In this document: in pieces, positions 23,037 through 32,064 of the stretch
How positions within the stretch are numbered: position 1 is the stretch's first letter
Layout: each line of letters opens with the position of its first letter
DNA from: TPA_inf: Saccharomyces
Taxonomy: Eukaryota
Assembly: GCA_000146045.2 (NCBI GenBank)
Contig: BK006941.2
Span: 128,001 to 192,000, forward strand
DNA length: 64,000 nucleotides
Direction: 5' to 3'
Notes under the pieces: model-generated
Databases searched by the model: none
What the model was told of the DNA's origin: nothing
The model's input: the letters and a program-made list of their open reading frames with translations, nothing else
Made by a program: the position numbers and the translations under genes

Positions 23037-24776
23037 TTAACGACCAAATTTACGTAGCTCTAAGTATCTACAAGGAGGGTATACAACACCTGAGAACGCC
23101 ATACTTAACCACATTGCGACATCACCACCATATTCACCAAATTTGGCAGCAATTGGGCCAATCCAATAGGCTTGCGCCATACCAACTACCACACCAGCAA
23201 CTCCTACAATAAACGCAAATGTTGCTGCATAACCGTGCGTTAAAACCTCATAATCTTCCCATTTGTCCCAATTGTAACGATGTTTAGTCACCTTATGTTT
23301 TCTTTTTAACAAATGGATATTAGTAACTGCATCTTTCTCCACTTCTTTTGAAGATCCAACAAGTTCCGGTCCATTTATTTCTCCTGTAACTGTAGGAAAC
23401 TCTTTGGTGTACAAATGTAAGAAAAACCTTCTGAATACTAAATTCTCTTCGAATAATAAGATAAAGTACATGCTAATCCAGTAGCCTATCATTGGTAGGA
23501 AATTTCCCAAAATAGTACTAAAATGATTACGACCTATTAATGCGCATACCAAACAAATTATAGTACAAACAATAGACCAGAACCAGCGAGGGATTTTTGC
23601 ACAAAACACACTAGAAAGTTGGATGGAGAATGCTGCCGAATACGTATTGATGATGTTGTTGGATACCAAACTGAATACCAGTACTACCACGCAGAACTTT
23701 CCGAAGCCGTTCCAACGCTGAAAACCTGCCCAAAGTAGACCACCCATTCCATGGGAATCGTACTCGACTGACCAAGGCTTATACGACATGGCAACAGAAG
23801 CTAGTAAGAGACCTAAGATTCCGACGAAACAGGTAGGCAAAAATGTTCCAAAAAACGTTAGGCAAAAAATTTGAATATATGGTGTATCTTCTGGGAACAA
23901 TATATAATAGTCTGCTGTAATAGACCCCCAAGTAGCCGTAATACTATAGCATAATGAAAAAAAACTCATCCAGTTGCCCTTTCGGGTGGAAGAGTCCAAA
24001 TTTCCCTTTGAAACGTATGCATTGACGAAGCTGTATTTATCACTTGATGAAATGTACAGTAGTAAAAATGCTGTCAGGACGGGTACGGATAAGTAAGTTT
24101 CCACTTTAATGACTTGTTTGATACCGAAAATGGCAACTAAAAAGGAGCATACGGTCACTATGACAATCCCTACCCATAGGGGTACTTTATCATTAGAAAT
24201 AGCAGCTAACATTTCACCCCCAACCACGGAATTAACCACAGACCAACCCATGACACCGATAATGGAAGCTAATGCAACTAATTTAACAAACCACCATCCG
24301 AACAGGTATCTAGCTGTTACCATCTGTCTGCAACCGGACTGCGGTCCCATGATCGAGCAATAGGCAGCAATTAAGCAACCAATTGTTACCGATATTAAAC
24401 TGGAGGCTACGGATTCTCTAAAGCTTAAACCGAAAAGCAGAGGGCCTAATAAAAACGACGACATGGAAGACAAACCACCTGTGGCACTCAACCATAGCCC
24501 CGCGACATGCAAAAATTGTTTCTTTGATGTTCCTCGTTCATAGGGAGATATCCTCTGAATACCGGTAGACTCTACTCCCATTGCGTCCACTTTCTTAGAA
24601 AGCCATGCCGCCCTGTTGATAATTCTTCTCAAAATGGACGGACTTGAGTTGGCCTTTTCTGTGGCTATGTTTAAAGAAGAAGCTGCGGTTCCTTCTTCGT
24701 AAAATTCTATTACATCAGTAGTATGCTTTGTATGATCTTCTTTGCGCTTTGTTGTGTCCATGTTGTCCCTATTCAT
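23037..24776 (-). CDS. TPN1: Plasma-membrane pyridoxine (vitamin B6) transporter, purine-cytosine permease family, 579 aa
   Basis: 579-aa polytopic membrane protein; its position between COX4 and YGL185C matches YGL186C. Confidence 0.88.
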   Translation of the reverse strand: MNRDNMDTTKRKEDHTKHTTDVIEFYEEGTAASSLNIATEKANSSPSILRRIINRAAWLSKKVDAMGVESTGIQRISPYERGTSKKQFLHVAGLWLSATGGLSSMSSFLLGPLLFGLSFRESVASSLISVTIGCLIAAYCSIMGPQSGCRQMVTARYLFGWWFVKLVALASIIGVMGWSVVNSVVGGEMLAAISNDKVPLWVGIVIVTVCSFLVAIFGIKQVIKVETYLSVPVLTAFLLLYISSSDKYSFVNAYVSKGNLDSSTRKGNWMSFFSLCYSITATWGSITADYYILFPEDTPYIQIFCLTFFGTFLPTCFVGILGLLLASVAMSYKPWSVEYDSHGMGGLLWAGFQRWNGFGKFCVVVLVFSLVSNNIINTYSAAFSIQLSSVFCAKIPRWFWSIVCTIICLVCALIGRNHFSTILGNFLPMIGYWISMYFILLFEENLVFRRFFLHLYTKEFPTVTGEINGPELVGSSKEVEKDAVTNIHLLKRKHKVTKHRYNWDKWEDYEVLTHGYAATFAFIVGVAGVVVGMAQAYWIGPIAAKFGEYGGDVAMWLSMAFSGVVYPPCRYLELRKFGR

Positions 24777-25166
24777 CTATGATCGAAGTTTTTCAAGTCC
24801 TGTTCTTTGATAAATACTCTATAAAGCTAATAATATTCAACAGTAATATTTTTATACTGAGAACCTCAACATCTGTTCTCTTTTTTAATGGCCTTCTCTT
24901 AGACACCATCAAAGCAGCCTGACGCAGAAAATTTCAGGTGAGATAAGGTGCGGCGAACAAATCCGAAATTTACTTACACGCAAGTACGAGTCATACACCT
25001 ACGGGGCACTGTACTACAATCCATTGTCGAAACAAAAACGGCACTTAATGTTGACTTCTTTTTGAAGTCAAATGCATACGAAAACTCGCACTGCTCTTTT
25101 TTCTTGGTGTGTTGACGTATATGTATATATAGGTATGTTAACATAAGGTTCTTACGTCTCTTACTA

Positions 25167-26306
25167 TCAAACTACACGGGAGAAATGCTCATCGCTTGCG
25201 GCTTCCCCAGACACTACCCGTAAGATTCTTGTCAATGCCAGTTCACAACTTTGCTCAAAAACATCCTTTGTCGCACTACCCAAATGCGGAGTAATTGAAG
25301 TAAGTCTATCAGAAGATCTGATTTTTTCATCTATTTCTGGTTCTTTATTAAAGACGTCTAAACCGAGATGGTTGATTCGTCCCGTTACCAAGGCGTCAGA
25401 AACAGCCCGCAAGTCCAAAATTTTACCTCTTCCCAAGTTGACTAAAATTAGGCCTGGATTGCAGTGTTCCAAAAATTTCCTGTTGATTAAATGTTCTGTT
25501 TGTGGAGTTCCCGGCAATGTGACCACGATTGCATGAAACTGGTATAGTTTTGCATATATTGTTTCATCTAGCAAATGAAATTTCCAGCTTTCGTTTTGAC
25601 TCATTGTGCAATCTTCGCTTCTTTTGCAATAATGTATTTCCATTCCTAGCCCGTATTGCAACTTGTAGGCTACTTGCTTTCCAATACTTCCTAAACCAAG
25701 AATTAAGCATTTCTTTCCTCTTGGTGATTCAGCAAACATATTCCCCAGTTCATGGCCAAAAGCAAATCCGCTCTTTTCTGCAGCTTTCGCCCTTGCAGTT
25801 AATGTATTTCCAGTTTCTCTACTAAGTTTTTGGTAATAGGAGAACTTTCTAAAGCCCTCCAGAATGTGCCACAAGGCACAATCTGCCACATCATTACCGA
25901 CTTGATGAAGCTTTAAATCGTCTATCAATTTTTCATTTTCATCGTCTTGGTAGTTGTATAATCGAATTTCATGCTTGCGTAATGTATCCAGATCCCATCC
26001 GTCGTAACCTCTTGAGCAAAGCACGATACATTTTAAATTTTTCCTTGGAAATGACTTGTGTTCGATGATACTTCGAGTCATCCCACCGATTTTTTTGAAT
26101 GCCGGAAACCCAGCATAAATGGCACATATTTTGTCTTGTTCATGCCTTTCTAAAAAGTTAAGAAATGCTTCTTTGGTGTCCAGCTGATAGCGCAAGATCC
26201 TGAACTTCTCTTTGAATGCCTTGGAATTAAGTGTGGCTGATGTTTCGCACGGATCTGCGATGAAAAGAATAGTAGGCTTTCCAGTCGTTGCAGGAGAATC
26301 GCACAT
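25167..26306 (-). CDS. Putative NAD-dependent D-isomer-specific 2-hydroxyacid dehydrogenase (YGL185C), 379 aa
   Basis: Rossmann motif GLGSIGKQVA; conserved R/E/H catalytic region typical of the family. Confidence 0.85.
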   Translation of the reverse strand: MCDSPATTGKPTILFIADPCETSATLNSKAFKEKFRILRYQLDTKEAFLNFLERHEQDKICAIYAGFPAFKKIGGMTRSIIEHKSFPRKNLKCIVLCSRGYDGWDLDTLRKHEIRLYNYQDDENEKLIDDLKLHQVGNDVADCALWHILEGFRKFSYYQKLSRETGNTLTARAKAAEKSGFAFGHELGNMFAESPRGKKCLILGLGSIGKQVAYKLQYGLGMEIHYCKRSEDCTMSQNESWKFHLLDETIYAKLYQFHAIVVTLPGTPQTEHLINRKFLEHCNPGLILVNLGRGKILDLRAVSDALVTGRINHLGLDVFNKEPEIDEKIRSSDRLTSITPHLGSATKDVFEQSCELALTRILRVVSGEAASDEHFSRVV

Positions 26307-26614
26307 TTTTTGTATGCTCTTTTCCTTCTAAATCTGCTGTCAACCCATTGTCGAGTGAAGTTATAAAAGCACAGCTATTTCTATATTCCTTTTACGACCG
26401 CCATTACACACGTTCATTGAGGCAAACTTTCCTCCTTCGCGCGTGCGTTTCCCAAGGGTAGTAGTAAGAGCTTACGGAACAGCCCGAAAGGCTGTAAAAG
26501 TTTAATATACTTACTGTTCTTGAAATTCTGTCTATATACTTGACTATTTAAAGTTACTATCTTTGGATTTGAACCTTATAAAAAAAAAAAAAAAAGGTAC
26601 ATGCATATTTTCCC

Positions 26615-28012
26615 TTACAATTTCGAACTCTTAATATTCAATTCTGAGTCCTTTCTGATGAGATCTTGATTGTAAAATTCTTCGTAAATACTTAAAGGCT
26701 TATGCAGGTCATCGATGGTAGTGTTCACAGCTAGGTTCTTATTCAATTTGTTGAAAAGATATTTGCCATTTTCTCTTACTTCTATAATATCAGCGTCAAC
26801 CATCGCCGCTAATAAATCTTTCTTCAAATCTACTATATTTTCGATACCGCAGCAAAGACGAACCAAATCTTCAGGAAAATCTCTCTCTTTCCTTAATTCG
26901 GGATCAATGGAAGCATGGGACATTTTGCAAGGCATAGATAGAAGCGAATTTACACACCCGAAAGATACCGTCACAGCCCATATACTCAGTTTTTTGGAAC
27001 TGACCAGTCTCTTTGAATGTTCGAAGGACCCCGTTTCGAAGGATAACACGGCACCTGGGCCATTATTGAACGATTTATGCAGCTTGAAATCCGGGTTGGA
27101 GCGTAATCCAACAAATCTAGTTTTCGTAGCCTTGTTTGTTCTGGTAGGTTTGAATCCGCATGAATTTTCTAGCCAATGAGCCAATATCATAGCATTTCTC
27201 TGCTGTTGATATAATCTAACTCCTAGAGTTTTTAGGCCCCTCACAAGTAGCCAAGAATCCATTGGGGATAATCCAGCTCCTGTAGAATTAATGACAAAGT
27301 AAAGCTTCGAGGCTATTTCTGGTGTTTTGCTGATAATAACACCCCCCATCAAATCGTGATGACCATTCAAGTACTTGGTAGCAGATTCGTATACGACATC
27401 GCAGCCTGGATTCAGTTGAAGAGGATTACAATTGAGTCCACTCATCATAGTATTATCAACGACAACTGTAGTGTCGGGAGATATGCATTTCACAAAACGT
27501 AATATTCTAGGGATATCTACAACCTTGCAAAGCGGATTGGTCGGAGACTCTAGAAGAACACAATCAACTTTATCTAAAGACTGGAAAACGGTTTTGAACT
27601 TTTCAAAATCGGAAGTGTCCACATGAACAGAGACTGCATGACTCTGTTGCTTGAAAAAATTCAGCAGCCTTTGGGTGCCTCCATAAAGATCATCGCCGGC
27701 TATTATTGTTGGCGTATGGTTGTCAGTGCCGTTAAGTAAGACGAGCCCACGCAGGATGACGTCTAGCGCCGTCATACCACTGCTCACAGCTAATACGTTT
27801 TCCTGTGGGACACGATAAAGCTTACCAATCTGGTGTTGAAGGACACTTCTGGTCGGGTTTCCCGATCTGGAATAATCGTAGTTCTGTGCATCTTCATTAT
27901 TCAAGTCCACTTTGAAGGTAGTCGACAAATACACCGGTGGCACGGAGGCTGAATGTTGGTCATTTTGAGAGCCGGTATTTACCACAACTGTATCTAATCT
28001 CTTGATCGGCAT
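26615..28012 (-). CDS. STR3: Cystathionine beta-lyase (PLP-dependent, Cys/Met metabolism family), 465 aa
   Basis: 465-aa ORF with a CGS/CBL-family PLP enzyme signature. Confidence 0.9.
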   Translation of the reverse strand: MPIKRLDTVVVNTGSQNDQHSASVPPVYLSTTFKVDLNNEDAQNYDYSRSGNPTRSVLQHQIGKLYRVPQENVLAVSSGMTALDVILRGLVLLNGTDNHTPTIIAGDDLYGGTQRLLNFFKQQSHAVSVHVDTSDFEKFKTVFQSLDKVDCVLLESPTNPLCKVVDIPRILRFVKCISPDTTVVVDNTMMSGLNCNPLQLNPGCDVVYESATKYLNGHHDLMGGVIISKTPEIASKLYFVINSTGAGLSPMDSWLLVRGLKTLGVRLYQQQRNAMILAHWLENSCGFKPTRTNKATKTRFVGLRSNPDFKLHKSFNNGPGAVLSFETGSFEHSKRLVSSKKLSIWAVTVSFGCVNSLLSMPCKMSHASIDPELRKERDFPEDLVRLCCGIENIVDLKKDLLAAMVDADIIEVRENGKYLFNKLNKNLAVNTTIDDLHKPLSIYEEFYNQDLIRKDSELNIKSSKL

Positions 28013-28104
28013 CTTTTTGCTTCTATGCTTTTGTTGTTTGCTTGATATTTTTTGTTTTTAATGAACTGTAAGCACACAGAGCTATGGGATGTGTGGCAAT
28101 GACT

Positions 28105-28109
28105 GTATA

Positions 28110-28148
<39 letters not shown>

Positions 28149-28165
28149 TTATTTATTTATTTAAA
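28105..28165. repeat. Compound microsatellite (TA)~15 followed by (TTTA)5, about 90-150 bp upstream of the STR3 ATG
   Basis: Seen directly in sequence. Confidence 0.85.
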
Positions 28166-28384
28166 ATATAGCTACGTATGCGCCAGTTGTTTTTATCAGC
28201 TTTGCTTCTGGCCACATTTCAACCAGGTCTCAGAGGATATATGGCCAGAAGGCCCCTTTACACACTTTTGAGATGCGATGAGTCTTCCAAGGTAGGAGCA
28301 TATGCCTCCAACAGACTTCGGCCCGAAGCATGCTGTGCTCACGGGAATTATATTGTGTGAAGCACATGCCACACTTTCCAAAAA

Positions 28385-28432
28385 AGAGTCAGAATGAGTC
28401 AGCCGGATAACCAAACGCGGACTGTGGCGCCA
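28385..28432. promoter_or_regulatory. STR3 upstream elements: a Gcn4-type TGAGTCA (28394-28400) with a second GAGTCA half-site (28385-28390), and a Met31/Met32-type CTGTGGC core (28421-28427) embedded in the perfect 10-bp palindrome GTGGCGCCAC (28423-28432)
   Basis: Motifs read directly from sequence. STR3 belongs to the sulfur (Met4/Met31/Met32) and general amino-acid control regulons. Confidence 0.45.
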
Positions 28433-28542
28433 CGGAAAACAGTGTGGCAAATTTATGGGCGGCTAATCTGCAAGCTCTATGCCTGGAAATGTAGATGTAA
28501 TAATCAAGACACTTTTGTTCTTTCGTGTATAGTGCATGAAGG

Positions 28543-29285
28543 TTAAACCTCCGTAAATTCCTTGAACTCTTCTGGAATTCCAAATTCTTTTCTTATCTGT
28601 TCTGGCTTCAAAAAGAATTTCTTGTATAAATAATCAATGAGAATCTCAATGTTATCAGTAGTTTTCTCCAGATGCACTTTTTTTAGGCGGATCTGTTGTT
28701 TATTCTCTTGTATTTTTGCTGCATCCCATCTAATGCTTTCTATTTTTTGGAGACTATTACTCTTTTTCTTAATTTCATCCTGAATTTTTTTTCTCTTTTC
28801 CAGTAGAGCCTCCCTATTGTATGATTTTTGGCCTACCGTAAATTTTTTACGCCTTCCAGTTGCTAGCGTTTTGTCTAGTTCTTGTTTATAAGTGGCAATA
28901 TCACACTTTACTTCCTGTATCTTTTTTTTTATCAACTCGCTTGAATCATACAATTTTTGCAGTGTCTGATTTTTAAAGCACCAGTAGATGTTAATATTAC
29001 CACATTTTTCCACCGAAATGACGCCGTCTTCATCAATCATTTGTTGCACTAAATCTTTAACGATCATGGGTGAGATTCCGCATTTTTTAGGTATGCTTTT
29101 CTCTAATTCCTTGATGTTGTAGAATGTGTACGTCTCTTGAAAAAAGTTCAGAATCCGGTTCTTTTTCTCTTGGAGTGATACTGTCTGTCTCTTTGGCCCC
29201 TAATAATAAGAAGAGGGTAGCACGCACCCGTCTATAAGTTAGTGTTCAGTCCTGTGTACCATGATGGTTTTATTAGACATACCAT
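28543..29285 (-). CDS. MND1: Meiotic recombination protein Mnd1 (Hop2-Mnd1 complex), 219 aa, in two exons: exon 1 is ATG only (29283-29285), an 83-nt intron lies at 29200-29282, and exon 2 is 28543-29199.
   Basis: On the minus strand the sequence reads ATG|GTATGT...CACTAAC...TTATTAG|GGGCCAAAGAGACAG. The spliced product begins MGPKRQTVSLQEKKNRILNFF... and joins the track ORF (MIVKDLVQQ...) in frame, 132 nt upstream of its first Met. The total is 219 aa. Confidence 0.85.
29200..29282 (-). other. MND1: MND1 spliceosomal intron (83 nt; 5'SS GTATGT, branch CACTAAC, 3'SS TAG)
   Basis: Splice signals read on the minus strand; the resulting reading frame is continuous. Confidence 0.8.
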
Positions 29286-29905
29286 TGTTGAATGTTTATG
29301 ATACTACACATAAAGTTTCCGCCGTTTAGTCTATATCGCAAAGAATAACGGTGGGACGGGAGATCGCCTTTTATATGCAATTTCGTGATCTGGGCGGTTA
29401 TTTTACTTTTTTTCGACGCATAAAAAAGCAGGAAAGATGGTAAATTCGGTTCGTTATTCAAGATTTTTAGAGCCAGAAAGATATTTGAGCGTGCCTTCGT
29501 GAGAAGAGGCTTAGGTTGAGACGATGATGCTGAAATTATGGCAAGACACGAATTCTTCTTCAAGTTTCCCTTGTCATAATAAGAAGAGAAAAACATACCT
29601 TTATGTCGGTTGCAATTAAGAAGGTTGTATAGAGCATCTCAAATGCTGCTTTTACTTTATTAAACGTTGACCAAATAATACGGCGCTTTTGTTTCGACAA
29701 CGACACACTATGATGCAAAGCGGATCCGGGTAATCGATAAATGGGGGCACCCGGAAATTATTGTAAGTTGAAGAAAGTTAGTGTTGATCTCTAAATGCTT
29801 CACAAAAGGGTGGAAGAAGAACATTTTCTCTTGATCAATCATTAATATAGATGGAGGCAGCGTTCTGTCAATCACAGATTATAGTTTATTTATACTTAGT
29901 CAAAA

Positions 29906-31096
29906 ATGAGGTTTAGGAGTTCTTCCCATAGCTTAAAACATGTTGACAGAGAATTAAAGGAGTTGATTAATTCGTCCGAGAATGCCAATAAATGCGGTGA
30001 ATGTGGTAATTTCTACCCAACTTGGTGCTCAGTTAATTTGGGGGTTTTCCTTTGTGGTAGGTGTGCCTCTGTTCATAGAAAAGTTTTCGGTAGCAGAGAC
30101 GACGATGCCTTTTCTAACGTTAAATCACTATCAATGGATAGATGGACAAGAGAGGATATCGATGAATTAGTGAGTCTTGGAGGCAATAAGGGGAATGCTC
30201 GGTTCTGGAATCCTAAAAATGTCCCTTTTCCTTTTGATGGAGATGATGACAAAGCCATCGTGGAGCATTACATTAGAGACAAGTATATTTTGGGTAAATT
30301 CAGGTATGATGAAATAAAGCCTGAAGACTTTGGATCCAGAATGGATGATTTTGATGGGGAATCGGACAGGTTTGATGAAAGAAATAGAAGTAGGAGCAGG
30401 AGCAGATCTCATTCTTTCTATAAAGGGGGCCATAATAGGTCTGACTACGGCGGTTCCAGGGACTCATTCCAAAGCAGTGGAAGCAGATATTCTAGGCAAC
30501 TGGCAGAACTCAAGGACATGGGTTTCGGTGATACAAACAAAAATTTAGATGCATTATCGTCCGCTCACGGAAATATCAATAGAGCAATCGATTATCTAGA
30601 AAAAAGTTCAAGTTCAAGAAATAGTGTATCGGCAGCAGCGACAACATCAACTCCGCCCCTGCCCAGGAGACGTGCGACAACAAGTGGCCCACAGCCAGCT
30701 ATTTTTGATGGTACAAATGTAATCACGCCAGATTTTACTTCAAATTCAGCATCTTTTGTACAAGCAAAGCCAGCAGTTTTCGATGGTACCCTTCAACAGT
30801 ATTACGATCCTGCTACCGGAATGATATATGTAGATCAGCAGCAATACGCCATGGCTATGCAACAGCAGCAACAGCAACAGCAACAGCTTGCTGTCGCACA
30901 GGCTCAGGCTCAGGCACAGGCACAGGCACAGGCTCAAGTTCAGGCTCAGGCTCAGGCTCAGGCCCAGGCTCAGGCTCAAGCACAGCAGATCCAGATGCAA
31001 CAGCTTCAGATGCAGCAACAGCAACAGGCGCCATTATCTTTTCAGCAAATGTCGCAAGGAGGAAACCTGCCACAAGGTTATTTCTACACACAATAA
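29906..31096 (+). CDS. GTS1: ArfGAP-domain protein Gts1 with a Gln-rich/(AQ)n C-terminus, 396 aa
   Basis: ArfGAP zinc finger (CGECGNFYPTWCSVNLGVFLCGRCASVHR), a UBA-like region and poly-Q/AQ tracts. Confidence 0.92.
   Translation: MRFRSSSHSLKHVDRELKELINSSENANKCGECGNFYPTWCSVNLGVFLCGRCASVHRKVFGSRDDDAFSNVKSLSMDRWTREDIDELVSLGGNKGNARFWNPKNVPFPFDGDDDKAIVEHYIRDKYILGKFRYDEIKPEDFGSRMDDFDGESDRFDERNRSRSRSRSHSFYKGGHNRSDYGGSRDSFQSSGSRYSRQLAELKDMGFGDTNKNLDALSSAHGNINRAIDYLEKSSSSRNSVSAAATTSTPPLPRRRATTSGPQPAIFDGTNVITPDFTSNSASFVQAKPAVFDGTLQQYYDPATGMIYVDQQQYAMAMQQQQQQQQQLAVAQAQAQAQAQAQAQVQAQAQAQAQAQAQAQQIQMQQLQMQQQQQAPLSFQQMSQGGNLPQGYFYTQ
30855..31030 (+). repeat. GTS1: Coding trinucleotide/hexanucleotide repeat: (CAR)n Gln run followed by imperfect (GCNCAG)15 encoding (AQ)n
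   Basis: Seen directly in sequence; translated as QQQQQQQQQLAVAQAQAQAQAQAQAQVQAQAQAQAQAQAQAQQIQMQQLQMQQQQQ. Confidence 0.85.
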
Positions 31097-32064
31097 AAAT
31101 AAGATACATTGCCGCTGCTCCGCATTACATATCATATAGAGTGACACTAAGTAATTAAATGACACTAAGTAACGAAAGATATCTGTAAACAACGACTATA
31201 TACCAGAATTAGTCATATTCTCTATTGTATTCACCCTACACAGCCGCATTACACAGCTGCTCCGGACGTTTTACGCTGCACATCAATGACTAATACCACT
31301 GTATTTGATCCACACTTAGCGCAAAAGTCACCTGGGTGGCGTTTTCCGCTCGCGCTCCGCCGGTGAGAGCGAGAAAAAAAAAAGGGATTGGGCGGTAATG
31401 TAAGGAAAACCCACTAGTTAAAATCAATGAGATAAGGAACTCTCTTTTTTTCCCGTTAATCATCTTTTCCTTGTTCGTTTCGTGTATCTGTAATGAATCT
31501 TATCGGAGTAACTATTACTGGAAAGCCATACCGTTAAAGAAGCAAGCATATCATTCGTATTCAAGCATCTGTTTTTCTTTTTAACCGCTCGGCTCTGATT
31601 TCTTAAACCATTTCCCCCATCAGCATCAGTTTGTGATTTGTAACTATATCGATCGTGGAATCGATGGAATTCTAAGCGTCATTTAGTTGGCAACAAAAGG
31701 AATCGAGCATCTCATAAAGGAGCTTATATTATTAATATCTTCCTGATCGTACTATTTTTTTTTAGCTTTTTATTTTTTAGGCCGAGGTTAATTCTAGAAC
31801 GCCACATTTCATCACCTTTAAGTTAAGTACCAAGGCCATCTTTTACCCTTTTTAGTTTCTGGGGAAACAGAGAACAGTACTATAGAAGATAAAAAGATAT
31901 AATACAATCGTAGTAATAGTACCCATAATAAAATAACATATAATATAATAAAAACATAAGGCAAAGGAGATAGGAGAATAATCATTGATATCTCCACAAA
32001 ACGAATTTGAAGCTACCCCATATTTTCAAATCTCTTTTACAACACCAGACGAGAAATTAAGAAA

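Noticed and set aside
29310-29330. Possible Ume6 URS1 (ACGGCGGAA on the MND1 strand) just upstream of or in the MND1 5' region
   Set aside because: Only the CGGCGG core matches; the flanking positions of TCGGCGGCT are wrong and it lies in or adjacent to the intron. Too weak to call.
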